Shown here: piece after piece, positions 39,767 through 59,118 of the stretch
How the letters are laid out: each line of letters begins with the position of its first letter
Position numbering within the stretch: the first letter of the stretch is position 1
Source of the DNA: the human T2T-CHM13v2.0 reference genome, Homo sapiens
Reading direction: 5' to 3' (one strand)
Length of the DNA stretch: 64,000 bases
NCBI RefSeq assembly: GCF_009914755.1
Contig: NC_060948.1
Notes under the pieces: model-generated
The model's database searches: none
What the model saw: only the letters and a program-made list of their open reading frames with translations
What the model was told of the DNA's origin: nothing
Position numbers and translations under genes: made by a program

Positions 39767-41889
39767 AGATCCATATTTTTTAAATGAAAAAAAATTTCAA
39801 AGGTACTCTGCTTGGTACAATAATCAAATGTATAAACTGAGGAATAAAACATAACCATGAAACCTACATATAACTGCATATGGAAAATACAGAGGATAAT
39901 TTTTTAAATAACATATTTTGAAAGCCTTAACTAGTAATTTGAAGAGTTGGCATTTGAAAGGCCAGTATGAATATACCTTCAAAGCAGCAACACAGGTTCC
40001 CCATGAGAAAAAGCAAACACAGGGAAAATAAAAACACAAAGGTTCAATCTCTTCTGACCTTTGAAAGACACAGCACAGACAGTGGTCCTTAGGACGAAGA
40101 GCAGGAGACCCCTAATTCCGTCACCATGGCGATAGGGCATAAACATTGCTGGGTGAGGGCACAATCCACATTGTGAGGTCCAACTGCTGCCAGGAAGACA
40201 GGAGTGCTTTTACATAGACCGAAAGGTCATTGAAGGCTCAGAGTTTTGTTTCAAGAACTGAATCCCAAGCCCACACGTTATTAGGCTGCGCTTCTTAAAA
40301 CAAGTTATGAGATGGGAAAAAGGGCACCCACAAACATACGTATACATTATGTATATAATAATATACAGTATCATATATATAATATATATAACCTATGTAT
40401 AATATTGTTTTACATCCTGCATCCTATGTTATATATATTGTATAAAATATAATAATTGATAATATATAAGTTTTATAATTATACAATATGACATATAGTA
40501 TATATTATAATTTATGACATATATAATATATGTTATATATCATATATAGAATATATTATACGGTTAATATACGTATTAAATATAAATTATACATTATATA
40601 TATTATATATAATATATCTGTTATATATAATACCCATTATGCATAATATATATATTATGTCTATGTTATATATAGTATAAAACAACATATAATAATATAT
40701 AATTGTATATATAAAATGCGACATATAATATATATTATATTTTATAACATATGTAATATATATTATATATAATACGTTGTATGTATAATACCTATATTAA
40801 ATATATATTATATGACTGTGTTATTAATTACATGTCACATGTGTTATGTATTATATATTTTACATAGAATATACCGGTTACATACAATATATACTATGTT
40901 ACCTATAATGTATAATTTATTACATGTAAAATAAAGAATGCAATATATTATGTATAATTTATAATATACATTATGTGGAATGTGATATATGTAACATATA
41001 ATATATGATATATGATATACAGTATATGATATATAACATACAATATATGATTCCTAATATATATGGTATACAATATATATTTTATGATATGTATTCTATA
41101 TGTTTTATATTCTGTTATGTATAACTATTTGAAATTATATATAACTGTATAATATTTTATGTAAATATGTAATATAATATATATAACTATATAATATATT
41201 ATATATAACTATATATTATGTTATATATACTTTTATAACATAATTTACATAAAATATCATAATATAATATATAGTATAATATTTCATATTACATAATATA
41301 TATTACATATCACCCAATATAACTAACATACATAATATTATAATATAGATTATATTATGTTATATTAAATATCATATATATCATGTATCATATATTCTAT
41401 AATATATATTACACATTATATAATATGTATGTTGTCTATTATGTGATATATATAACTATATATATAATTATATTTTTATACATATAACTGGATAAACATG
41501 TAATTCTACATATTTTCATTTATAATATGTAGAATTATATAATCATATATAATTATTTATATTCTATAAAAAATTTTATCATTATATAAATTATAATATA
41601 TAAAAATTATAATATGTACTACAAATATATATATATTATATATCATATATGATATAGTACCTTTGTTATATATCATAATACATATAAATGTGTATTATGT
41701 TATCTATAATTATATAATTTCATATATAAGATGTATAATATGTATCATATATTATATATGTTATGTAATATATATAGTATATATAAGATGACACAGGATA
41801 AATATTATATACTATGACATATAAAATATATGAGGTTATATGTTACATATAAGGCATAGCACATAACATGTAATATATATCATGTATAA

Positions 41890-42181
41890 TTTTTTTTTAG
41901 ACAGAACCTTGTCCTGTTGCACAGGGTGGGGTAAAATGGCGCCATCTTTGCTCACTGCAACTTCTGCCTCACGGGTCCAAGCGATTGTCCTCCCTCAGCC
42001 TCCCAGGTAGCTGGGACTACACCACACTGGGACTACACCAGCTGCCACCATGCCTAGCTAATTTTTTGGATTTTTAGTAGTGACAGCGTTTCACTGTATT
42101 GGCCAGGATGGTCTTGATCTCTTCACCTTGTGATTCCCTTGCCTTGGCCTCCAAATTTGCTGGGATTACAGGCCTGAGCCA
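41890..42181 (-). mobile_element. Diverged Alu, copy 18
   Basis: Same Alu landmarks as copy 1. Confidence 0.93.
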
Positions 42182-44288
42182 AGATCCATATTTTTTAAAT
42201 GAAAAAAAATTTCAAAGGTACTCTGCTTGGTACAATAATCAAATGTATAAACTGAGGAATAAAACATAACCATGAAACCTACTTATAACTGCATATGGAA
42301 AATACAGAGGATAATTTTTTAAATAACATATTTTGAAAGACTTAACTAGTAATTTGAAGAGTTGGCATTTGAAAGGCCAGTATGAATATACCTTCAAAGC
42401 AGCAACACAGGTTCCCCATGAGAAAAAGCAAACACAGGGAAAATAAAAACACAAAGGTTCAATCTCTTCTGACCTTTGAAAGACACAGCACAGACAGTGG
42501 TCCTTAGGACGAAGAGCAGGAGACCCCTAATTCCGTCACCATGGCGATAGGGCATAAACATTGCTGGGTGAGGGCACAATCCACATTGTGAGGTCCAACT
42601 GCTGCCAGGAAGACAGGAGTGCTTTTACATAGACCGAAAGGTCATTGAAGGCTCAGAGTTTTGTTTCAAGAACTGAATCCCAAGCCCACACGTTATTAGG
42701 CTGCGCTTCTTAAAACAAGTTATGAGATGGGAAAAAGGGCACCCACAAACATACGTATACATTATGTATATAATAATATACAGTATCATATATATAATAT
42801 ATATAACCTATGTATAATATTGTTTTACATCCTGCATCCTATGTTATATATATTGTATAAAATATAATAATTGATAATATATAAGTTTTATAATTATACA
42901 ATATGACATATAGTATATATTATAATTTATGACATATATAATATATGTTATATATCATATATAGAATATATTATACGGTTAATATACGTATTAAATATAA
43001 ATTATACATTATATATATTATATATAATATATCTGTTATATATAATACCCATTATGCATAATATATATATTATGTCTATGTTATATATAGTATAAAACAA
43101 CATATAATAATATATAATTGTATATATAAAATGCGACATATAATATATATTATATTTTATAACATATGTAATATATATTATATATTATATATAATACGTT
43201 GTATGTATAATACCTATATTAAATATATATTATATGACTATGTTATTAATTACATGTCACATGTGTTATATATTATATATTTTACGTAGAATATACCGGT
43301 TACATACAATATATACTATGTTACCTATAATGTATAATTTATTACATGTAAAATAAAGAATGCAATATATTATGTATAATTTATAATATAAAATATGTGG
43401 AATGTGATATATGTAACATATAATATATGATATATGATATACAGTATATGATATATAACATACAATATATGATTCCTAATATATATGGTATACAATATAT
43501 ATTTTATGATATGTATTCTATATGTTTTATATTCTGTTATATATAACTATTTGAAATTTTAAATAACTGTATAATATTTTATGTAAATATGTAATATAAT
43601 ATATATAACTATATAATATATTATATATAACTATATATTATGTTATATATACTTTTATAACATAATTTACATAAAATATCATAATATAATATATATTATA
43701 ATATTTCATATTACATAATATATATTACATATCACCCAATATAACTAACATACATAATATTATAATATAGATTATATTATGTTATATTAAATATCATATA
43801 TATCATGTATCATATATTCTATAATATATATTACACATTATATAATATGTATGTTGTCTATTATGTGATATATATAACTATATATATAATTATATTTTTA
43901 TACATATAACTAGATAAACATGTAATTCTACATATTTTCATTTATAATATGTAGAATTATATAATCATATATAATTATTAATATTCTATAAAAAATTTTA
44001 TCATTATATAAATTATAATATATAAAAATTATAATATGTACTACAAATATATATATATTATATATCATATATGATATAGTACCTTTGTTATATATCATAA
44101 TACATATAAATGTGTATTATGTTATCTATAATTATATAATTTCATATATAAGATGTATAATATGTATCATATATTATATATGTTATGTAATATATATAGT
44201 ATATATAAGATGACACAGGATAAATATTATATACTATGACATATAAAATATATGAGGTTATATGTTACATATAAGGCATAGCACATAA

Positions 44289-44603
<315 letters not shown>

Positions 44604-46707
44604 AGATCCATATTTTTTAAATGAAAAAAAATTTCAAAGGTACTCTGCTTGGTACAATAATCAAATGTATAAACTGAGGAATAAAACATAACCATGAAAC
44701 CTACTTATAACTGCATATGGAAAATACAGAGGATAATTTTTTAAATAACATATTTTGAAAGCCTTAACTAGTAATTTGAAGAGTTGGCATTTGAAAGGCC
44801 AGTATGAATATACCTTCAAAGCAGCAACACAGGTTCCCCATGAGAAAAAGCAAACACAGGGAAAATAAAAACACAAAGGTTCAATCTCTTCTGACCTTTG
44901 AAAGACACAGCACAGACAGTGGTCCTTAGGACGAAGAGCAGGAGACCCCTAATTCCGTCACCATGGCGATAGGGCATAAACATTGCTGGGTGAGGGCACA
45001 ATCCACATTGTGAGGTCCAACTGCTGCCAGGAAGACAGGAGTGCTTTTACATAGACCGAAAGGTCATTGAAGGCTCAGAGTTTTGTTTCAAGAACTGAAT
45101 CCCAAGCCCACACGTTATTAGGCTGCGCTTCTTAAAACAAGTTATGAGATGGGAAAAAGGGCACCCACAAACATACGTATACATTATGTATATAATAATA
45201 TACAGTATCATATATATAATATATATAACCTATGTATAATATTGTTTTACATCCTGCATCCTATGTTATATATATTGTATAAAATATAATAATTGATAAT
45301 ATATAAGTTTTATAATTATACAATATGACATATAGTATATATTATAATTTATGACATATATAATATATGTTATATATCATATATAGAATATATTATACGG
45401 TTAATATACGTATTAAATATAAATTATACATTATATATATTATATATAATATATCTGTTATATTTAATACCCATTATGCATAATATATATATTATGTCTA
45501 TGTTATATATAGTATAAAACAACATATAATAATATATAATTGTATATATAAAATGCGACATATAATATATATTATATTTTATAACATATGTAATATATAT
45601 TATATATTATATATAATACGTTGTATGTATAATACCTATATTAAATATATATTATATGACTATGTTATTAATTACATGTCACATGTGTTATATATTATAT
45701 ATTTTACGTAGAATATACCGGTTACATACAATATATACTATGTTACCTATAATGTATAATTTATTACATGTAAAATAAAGAATGCAATATATTATGTATA
45801 ATTTATAATATAAAATATGTGGAATGTGATATATGTAACATATAATATATGATATATGATATATAGTATATGATATATAACATACAATATATGATTCCTA
45901 ATATATATGGTATAGAATATATATTTTATGATATGTATTCTATATGTTTTATATTCTGTTATATATAACTATTTGAAATTATATATAACTGTATAATATT
46001 TTATGTAAATATGTAATATAATATATATAACTATATAATATATTATATATAACTATATATTATGTTATATATACTTTTATAACATAATTTACATAAAATA
46101 TCATAATATAATATATATTATAATATTTCATATTACATAATATATATTACATATCACCCAATATAACTAACATACAAAATATTATAATATAGATTATATT
46201 ATGTTATATTAAATATCATATATATCATGTATCATATATTCTATAATATATATTACACATTATATAATATGTATGTTGTCTATTATGTGATATATTTAAC
46301 TATATATATAATTATATTTTTATACATATAACTAGATAAACATGTAATTCTACATATTTTCATTTATAATATGTAGAATTATATAATCATATATAATTAT
46401 TAATATTCTATAAAAATTTTATCATTATATAAATTATAATATATAAAAATTATAATATGTACTACAAATATATATATAATATATCATATATGATATAGTA
46501 CATTTGTTATATATCATAATACATATAAATGTGTATTATGTTATCTATAATTATATAATTTCATATATAAGATGTATAATATGTATCATATATTATATAT
46601 GTTATGTAATATATATAGTATATATAAGATGACACAGGATAAATATTATATACTATGACATATAAAATATATGATTTTATATGTTACATATAAGGCATAG
46701 CACATAA

Positions 46708-47022
<315 letters not shown>

Positions 47023-49127
47023 AGATCCATATTTTTTAAATGAAAAAAAATTTCAACGGTACTCTGCTTGGTACAATAATCAAATGTATAAACTGAGGAA
47101 TAAAACATAACCATGAAACCTACTTATAACTGCATATGGAAAATACAGAGGATAATTTTTTAAATAACATATTTTGAAAGCCTTAACTAGTAATTTGAAG
47201 AGTTGGCATTTGAAAGGCCAGTATGAATATACCTTCAAAGCAGCAACACAGGTTCCCCATGAGAAAAAGCAAACACAGGGAAAATAAAAACACAAAGGTT
47301 CAATCTCTTCTGACCTTTGAAAGACACAGCACAGACAGTGGTCCTTAGGACGAAGAGCAGGAGACCCCTAATTCCGTCACCATGGCGATAGGGCATAAAC
47401 ATTGCTGGGTGAGGGCACAATCCACATTGTGAGGTCCAACTGCTGCCAGGAAGACAGGAGTGCTTTTACATAGACCGAAAGGTCATTGAAGGCTCAGAGT
47501 TTTGTTTCAACAACTGAATCCCAAGCCCACACGTTATTAGGCTGCGCTTCTTAAAACAAGTTATGAGATGGGAAAAAGGGCACCCACAAACATACGTATA
47601 CATTATGTATATAATAATATACAGTATCATATATAATATATATAACCTATGTATAATATTGTTTTACATCCTGCATCCTATGTTATATATATTGTATAAA
47701 ATATAATAATTGATAATATATAAGTTTTATAATTATACAATATGACATATAGTATATATTATAATTTATGACATATATAATATATGTTATATATCATATA
47801 TAGAATATATTATACGGTTAATATACGTATTAAATATAAATTATACATTATATATATTATATATAATATATCTGTTATATATAATACCCATTATGCATAA
47901 TATATATATTATGTCTATGTTATATATAGTATAAAACAACATATAATAATATATAATTGTATATATAAAATGCGACATATAATATATATTATATTTTATA
48001 ACATATGTAATATATATTATATATTATATATAATACGTTGTATGTATAATACCTATATTAAATATATATTATATGACTATGTTATTAATTACATGTCACA
48101 TGTGTTATATATTATATATTTTACGTAGAATATACCGGTTACATACAATATATACTATGTTACCTATAATGTATAATTTATTACATGTAAAATAAAGAAT
48201 GCAATATATTATGTATAATTTATAATATAAAATATGTGGAATGTGATATATGTAACATATAATATATGATATATGATATACAGTATATGATATATAACAT
48301 ACAATATATGATTCCTAATATATATGGTATACAATATATATTTTATGATATGTATTCTATATGTTTTATATTCTGTTATATATAACTATTTGAAATTATA
48401 TATAACTGTATAATATTTTATGTAAATATGTAATATAATATATATAACTATATAATATATTATATATAACTATATATTATGTTATATATACTTTTATAAC
48501 ATAATTTACATAAAATATCATAATATAATATATATTATAATATTTCATATTACATAATATATATTACATATCACCCAATATAACTAACATACATAATATT
48601 ATAATATAGATTATATTATGTTATATTAAATATCATATATATCATGTATCATATATTCTATAATATATATTACACATTATATAATATGTATGTTGTCTAT
48701 TATGTGATATATATAACTATATATATAATTATATTTTTATACATATAACTAGATAAACATGTAATTCTACATATTTTCATTTATAATATGTAGAATTATA
48801 TAATCATATATAATTATTAATATTCTATAAAAAATTTTATCATTATATAAATTATAAGATATAAAAATTATAATATGTACTACAAATATAAATCTATTAT
48901 ATATCATATATGATATAGTACCTTTGTTATATATCATAATACATATAAATGTGTATTATGTTATCTATAATTATATAATTTCATATATAAGATGTATAAT
49001 ATGTATCATATATTATATATGTTATGTAATATATATAGTATATATAAGATGACACAGGATAAATATTATATACTATGACATATAAAATATATGAGGTTAT
49101 ATGTTACATATAAGGCATAGCACATAA

Positions 49128-49442
<315 letters not shown>

Positions 49443-51547
49443 AGATCCATATTTTTTAAATGAAAAAAAATTTCAAAGGTACTCTGCTTGGTACAATAAT
49501 CAAATGTATAAACTGAGGAATAAAACATAACCATGAAACCTACTTATAACTGCATATGGAAAATACAGAGGATAATTTTTTAAATAACATATTTTGAAAG
49601 CCTTAACTAGTAATTTGAAGAGTTGGCATTTGAAAGGCCAGTATGAATATGCCTTCAAAGCAGCAACACAGGTTCCCCATGAGAAAAAGCAAACACAGGG
49701 AAAATAAAAACACAAAGGTTCAATCTCTTCTGACCTTTGAAAGACACAGCACAGACAGTGGTCCTTAGGACGAAGAGCAGGAGACCCCTAATTCCGTCAC
49801 CATGGCGATAGGGCATAAACATTGCTGGGTGAGGGCACAATCCACATTGTGAGGTCCAACTGCTGCCAGGAAGACAGGAGTGCTTTTACATAGACCGAAA
49901 GGTCATTGAAGGCTCAGAGTTTTGTTTCAAGAACTGAATCCCAAGCCCACACGTTATTAGGCTGCGCTTCTTAAAACAAGTTATGAGATGGGAAAAAGGG
50001 CACCCACAAACATACGTATACATTATGTATATAATAATATACAGTATCATATATATAATATATATAACCTATGTATAATATTGTTTTACATCCTGCATCC
50101 TATGTTATATATATTGTATAAAATATAATAATTGATAATATATAAGTTTTATGATTATACAATATGACATATAGTATATATTATAATTTATGACATATAT
50201 AATATATGTTATATATCATATATAGAATATATTATACGGTTAATATACGTATTAAATATAAATTATACATTATATATATTATATATAATATATCTGTTAT
50301 ATATAATACCCATTATGCATAATATATATATTATGTCTATGTTATATATAGTATAAAACAACATATAATAATATATAATTGTATATATAAAATGCGACAT
50401 ATAATATATATTATATTTTATAACATATGTAATATATATTATATATTATATATAATACGTTGTATGTATAATACCTATATTAAATATATATAATATGACT
50501 ATGTTATTAATTACATGTCACATGTGTTATATATTATATATTTTACATAGAATATACCGGTTACATACAATATATACTATGTTACCTATAATGTCTAATT
50601 TATTACATGTAAAATAAAGAATTCAATATATTATGTAAAATTTATAATATACAATATGTGGAATGTGATATATATAACATATAATATATGATATATGATA
50701 TACGGTATATGATATATAACATACAATATATGATTCCTAATATATATGGTATACAATATATATTTTATGATATGTATTCTATATGTTTTATATTCTGTTA
50801 TATATAACTATTTGAAATTATATATAACTGTATAATATTTTATGTAAATATGAAATATAATATATATAACTATATACTATATTATATATAACTATATATT
50901 ATGTTATATATACTTTTATAACATAATTTACATAAAATATCATAATATAATATATATTATATTATTTCATATTACATAATATATATTACATATCACCCAA
51001 TATAACTAACATACATAATATTATAATATAGATTATATTATGTTATATTAAATATCATATATATCATGTATCATATATTCTATAATATATATTACACATT
51101 ATATAATATGTATGTTGTCTATTATGTGATATATATAACTATATATATAATTATATTTTTATACATATAACTAGATAAACATGTAATTCTACATATTTTC
51201 ATTTATAATATGTAGAATTATATAATCATATATAATTATTTATATTCTATAAAAAATTTTATCATTATATAAATTATAATATATAAAAATTATAATATGT
51301 ACTACAAATATATATATTATATATCATATATGCTATAGTACCTTTGTTATATATCATAATACATATAAATGTGTATTATGTTATCTATAATTATATAATT
51401 TCATATATAAGTTGTATAATATGTATCATATATTATATATGTTATGTAATATATATAGTATATATAAGATGAGACAGGATAAATATTATATACTATGACA
51501 TATAAAATATATGAGGTTATATGTTACATATAAGGCATAGCACATAA

Positions 51548-51862
<315 letters not shown>

Positions 51863-53987
51863 AGATCCATATTTTTTAAATGAAAAAAATTTCAAAGGTA
51901 CTCTGCTTGGTACAATAATCAAATGTATAAACTGAGGAATAAAACATAACCATGAAACCTACTTATAACTGCATATGGAAAATACAGAGGATAATTTTTT
52001 AAATAACATATTTTGAAAGCCTTAACTAGTAATTTGAAGAGTTGGCATTTGAAAGGCCAGTATGAATATACCTTCAAAGCAGCAACACAGGTTCCCCATG
52101 AGAAAAAGCAAACACAGGGAAAATAAAATCACAAAGGTTCAATCTCTTCTGACCTTTGAAAGACAAAGCACAGACAGCGGTCCTTAGGATGAAGAGCAGG
52201 AGACCCCTAATTCCGTCACCATGGCGATAGGGCATAAACATTGCTGGGTGAGGGCACAATCCACATTGTGAGGTCCAACTGCTGCCAGGAAGACAGGAGT
52301 GCTTTTACATAGACCGAAAGGTCATTGAAGGCTCAGAGTTTTGTTTCAAGAACTGAATCCCAAGCCCACACGTTATTAGGCTGCGCTTCTTAAAACAAGT
52401 TATGAGATGGGAAAAAGGGCACCCACAAACATACGTATACATTATGTATAATAATATACAGTATCATATATATAATATATATAACCTATGTATAATATTG
52501 TTTTACATCCTGCATCTTATGTAATATATATTGTATAAAATATAATAATTGATAATATATAAGTTTTATATTTATACAATATGACATATAGTATATATTA
52601 TAATTTATGACATTTATAATATATGTTATATATCATATATAGAATATATTATACGGTTAATATACGTATTAAATATAAATTATACATTATATATATTATA
52701 TAAAATATATCTGTTATATATAATACCCATTATGCATAATATATATATTATGTCTATGTTATATATAGTATAAAACAACATATAATAATATATAATTGTA
52801 TATATAAAATGCGACATAGAATATATATTATATTTTATAACATATGTAATATATATTATATATTATATATAATACGTTGTATGTATAATACCTATATTAA
52901 ATATATATTATATGACTATGTTATTAATTACATGTCACATGTGTTATATATTATATATTTTACATAGAATATACCGGTTACATACAATATATACTATGTT
53001 ACCTATAATGTATAATTTATTACATGTAAAATAAAGAATGCAATATATTATGTATAATTTATAATATACAATATGTGGAATGTGATATATATAACATATA
53101 ATATATGATATATGATATACAGTATATGATATATAACATACAATATATGATTCCTAATATATATGGTATACAATATATATTTTATGATATGTATTCTATA
53201 TGTTTTATATTCTGTTATATATAACTATTTGAAATTATATATAACTGTATAATATTTTATGTAAATATGTAATATAATATATATAAATATATAATATATT
53301 ATATATAACTATATATTATGTTATATATACTTTTATAACATAATTTACATAAAATATCATAATATAATATATATTATATTATTTCATATTACATAATATA
53401 TATTACATATCACCCAATATAACTAACATACATAATATTATAATATAGATTATATTGTGTTATATTAAATATCATATATATCATGTATCATATATTCTAT
53501 AATATATATTACACATTATATAATATGTATGTTGTCTATTATGTGATATATATAACTATATATATAATTATATTTTTATACATATAACTAGATAAGCATG
53601 TAATTCTACATATTTTCATTTATAATATGTAGAATTATATAATCATATATAATTATTTATATTCTATAAAAAATTTTATCATTATATAAATTATAATATA
53701 TAAAAATTATAATATGTACTACAAATATATATATTATATATCATATATGATATAGTACCTTTGTTATATATCATAATACATATAAATGTGTATTATGTTA
53801 TCTATAATTATATAATTTCATATATAAGATGTATAATATGTATCATATATTATATATGTTATGTAATATATATAGTATATATAAGATGACACAGGATAAA
53901 TATTATATACTATGACATATAAAATATATGAGGTTATATGTTACATATAAGGCATAGCACATAACATGTAATAAATATCATATATAA

Positions 53988-54279
53988 TTTTTTTTTAGAC
54001 AGAATCTTGTCCTGTTGCACAGGGTGGGGTACAATGGCGCCATCTTTGCTCACTGCAACTTCTGCCTCACGGGTCCAAGCGATTGTCTTCCCTCAGCCTC
54101 CCAGGTAGCTGGGACTACACCACACTGGGACTACACCAGCTGCCACCATGCCTAGCTAATTTTTTGGATTTTTAGTAGTGACAGCGTTTCAGTGTATTGG
54201 CCAGGACGGTCTTGATCTCTTCACCTTGTGATCCCCTTGCCTTGGCCTCCAAATTTGCTGGGATTACAGGCCTGAGCCA
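53988..54279 (-). mobile_element. Diverged Alu, copy 23
   Basis: Same Alu landmarks as copy 1. Confidence 0.93.
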
Positions 54280-56383
54280 AGATCCATATTTTTTAAATGA
54301 AAAAAAATTTCAAAGGTACTCTGCTTGGTACAATGATCAAATGTATAAACTGAGGAATAAAACATAACCATGAAACCTACTTATAACTGCATATGGAAAA
54401 TACAGAGGATAATTTTTTAAATAACATATTTTGAAAGCCTTAACTAGTAATTTGAAGAGTTGGCATTTGAAAGGCCAGTATGAATATACCTTCAAAGCAG
54501 CAACACAGGTTCCCCATGAGAAAAAGCAAACACAGGGAAAATAAAAACACAAAGGTTCAATCTCTTCTGACCTTTGAAAGACACAGCACAGACAGTGGTC
54601 CTTAGGACGAAGAGCAGGAGACCCCTAATTCCGTCACCATGGCGATAGGGCATAAACATTGCTGGGTGAGGGCACAATCCACATTGTGAGGTCCAACTGC
54701 TGCCAGGAAGACAGGAGTGCTTTTACATAGACCGAAAGGTCATTGAAGGCTCAGAGTTTTCTTTCAAGAACTGAATCCCAAGCCCACACGTTATTAGGCT
54801 GCGCTTCTTAAAACAAGTTATGAGATGGGAAAAAGGGCACCCACAAACATACGTATACATTATGTATATAATAATATACAGTATCATATATATAATATAT
54901 ATAACCTATGTATAATATTGTTTTACATCCTGCATCTTATGTTATATATATTGTATAAAATATAATAATTGATAATATATAAGTTTTATAATTATACAAT
55001 ATGACATATAGTATATATTATAATTTATGACATATATAATATATGTTATATGTCATATATAGAATATATTATACGGTTAATATACGTATTAAATATAAAT
55101 TATACATTATATATATTATATATAATATATCTGTTATATATAATACCCATTATGCATAATATATATATTATGTCTATGTTATATATAGTATAAAACAACA
55201 TATAATAATATATAATTGTATATATAAAATGCGACATATAATATATATTATATTTTATAACATATGTAATATATATTATATATTATATATAATACGTTGT
55301 ATGTATAATACCTATATTAAATATATATTATATGACTATGTTATTAATTACATGTCACATGTGTTATATATTATATATTTTACATAGAATATACCGGTTA
55401 CATACAATATATACTATGTTACCTATAATGTATAATTTATTACATGTAAAATAAAGAATGCAATATATTATGTATAATTTATAATATACAATATGTGGAA
55501 TGTGATATATGTAACATATAATATATGATATATGATATACAGTATATGATATATAACATACAATATATGATTCCTAATATATATGGTATACAATATATAT
55601 TTTATGATATGTATTCTATATGTTTTATATTCTGTTATATATAACTATTTGAAATTATATATAACTGTATAATATTTTATGTAAATATGTAATATAATAT
55701 ATATAACTATATAATATATTATATATAACTATATATTATGTTATATATACTTTTATAACATAATTTACATAAAATATCATCATATAATATATATTATATT
55801 ATTTCATATTACATAATATATATTACAAATCACCCAATATAACTAACATACATAATATTATAATATAGATTATATTATGTTATATTAAATATCATATATA
55901 TCATGTATCATATATTCTATAATATATATTACACATTATATAATATGTATGTTGTCTATTATGTGATATATATAACTATATATATAATTATATTTTTATA
56001 CATATAACTGGATAAACATGTAATTCTACATATTTTCATTTATAATATGTAGAATTATATAATCATATATAATTTTTTATATTCTATAAAAAATTTATCA
56101 TTTTATAAATTATAATATATAAAAATAATAATATGTACTACAAATATATATATTATATATCATATATGATATAGTACCATTGTTATATATCATAATACAT
56201 ATAAATGTGTATTATGTTATCTATAATTATATAATTTCATATATAAGATGTATAATATGTATCATATATTATATATGTTATGTAATATATATAGTATATA
56301 TAAGATGACACAGGATAAATATTATATACTATGACATATAAAATATATGAGGTTATATGTTACATATAAGGCATAGCACATAA

Positions 56384-56698
<315 letters not shown>

Positions 56699-58803
56699 AG
56701 ATCCATATTTTTTAAATGAAAAAAAATTTCAAAGGTACTCTGCTTGGTACAATAATCAAATGTATAAACTGAGGAATAAAACATAACCATGAAACCTACT
56801 TATAACTGCATATGGAAAATACAGAGGATAATTTTTTAAATAACATATTTTGAAAGCCTTAACTAGTAATTTGAAGAGTTGGCATTTGAAAGGCCAGTAT
56901 GAATATACCTTCAAAGCAGCAACACAGGTTCCCCATGAGAAAAAGCAAACACAGGGAAAATAAAAACACAAAGGTTCAATCTCTTCTGACCTTTGAAAGA
57001 CACAGCACAGACAGTGGTCCTTAGGACGAAGAGCAGGAGACCCCTAATTCCGTCACCATGGCGATAGGGCATAAACATTGCTGGGTGAGGGCACAATCCA
57101 CATTGTGAGGTCCAACTGCTGCCAGGAAGACAGGAGTGCTTTTACATAGACCGAAAGGTCATTGAAGGCTCAGAGTTTTGTTTCAAGAACTGAATCCCAA
57201 GCCCACACGTTATTAGGCTGCGCTTCTTAAAACAAGTTATGAGATGGGAAAAAGGGCACCCACAAACATACGTATACATTATGTATATAATAATATACAG
57301 TATCATATATATAATATATATAACCTATGTATAATATTGTTTTACATCCTGCATCTTATGTTATATATATTGTATAAAATATAATAATTGATAATATATA
57401 AGTTTTATAATTATACAATATGACATATAGTATATATTATAATTTATGACATATATAATATATGTTATATGTCATATATAGAATATATTATACGGTTAAT
57501 ATACGTATTAAATATAAATTATACATTATATATATTATATATAATATATCTGTTATATATAATACCCATTATGCATAATATATATATTATGTCTATGTTA
57601 TATATAGTATAAAACAACATATAATAATATATAATTGTATATATAAAATGCGACATATAATATATATTATATTTTATAACATATGTAATATATATTATAT
57701 ATTATATATAATACGTTGTATGTATAATACCTATATTAAATATATATTATATGACTATGTTATTAATTACATGTCACATGTGTTATATATTATATATTTT
57801 ACATAGAATATACCGGTTACATACAATATATACTATGTTACCTATAATGTATAATTTATTACATGTAAAATAAAGAATGCAATATATTATGTATAATTTA
57901 TAATATACAATATGTGGAATGTGATATATGTAACATATAATATATGATATATGATATACAGTATATGATATATAACATACAGTATATGATTCCTAATATA
58001 TATGGTATACAATATATATTTTATTATATGTATTCTATATGTTTTATATTCTGTTATATATAACTATTTGAAATTATATATAACTGTATAATATTTTATG
58101 TAAATATGTAATATAATATATATAACTATATAATATATTATATATAACTATATATTATGTTATATATACTTTTATAACATAATTTACATAAAATATCATC
58201 ATATAATATATATTATATTATTTCATATTACATAATATATATTACATATCACCCAATATAACTAACATACATAATATTATAATATAGATTATATTGTGTT
58301 ATATTAAATATCATATATATCATGTATCATATATTCTATAATATATATTACACATTATATAATATGTATGTTGTCTATTATGTGATATATATAACTATAT
58401 ATATAATTATATTTTTATACATATAACTGGATAAACATGTAATTCTACATATTTTCATTTATAATATGTAGAATTATATAATCATATATAATTTTTTATA
58501 TTCTATAAAAAATTTTATCATTTTATAAATTATAATATATAAAAATTATAATATGTACTACAAATATATATATTATATATCATATATGATATAGTACCAT
58601 TGTTATATATCATAATACATATAAATGTGTATTATGTTATCTATAATTATATAATTTCATATATAAGATGTATAATATGTATCATATATTATATATGTTA
58701 TGTAATATATATAGTATATATAAGATGACACAGGATAAATATTATATACTATGACATATAAAATATATGAGGTTATATGTTACATATAAGGCATAGCACA
58801 TAA

Positions 58804-59118
<315 letters not shown>

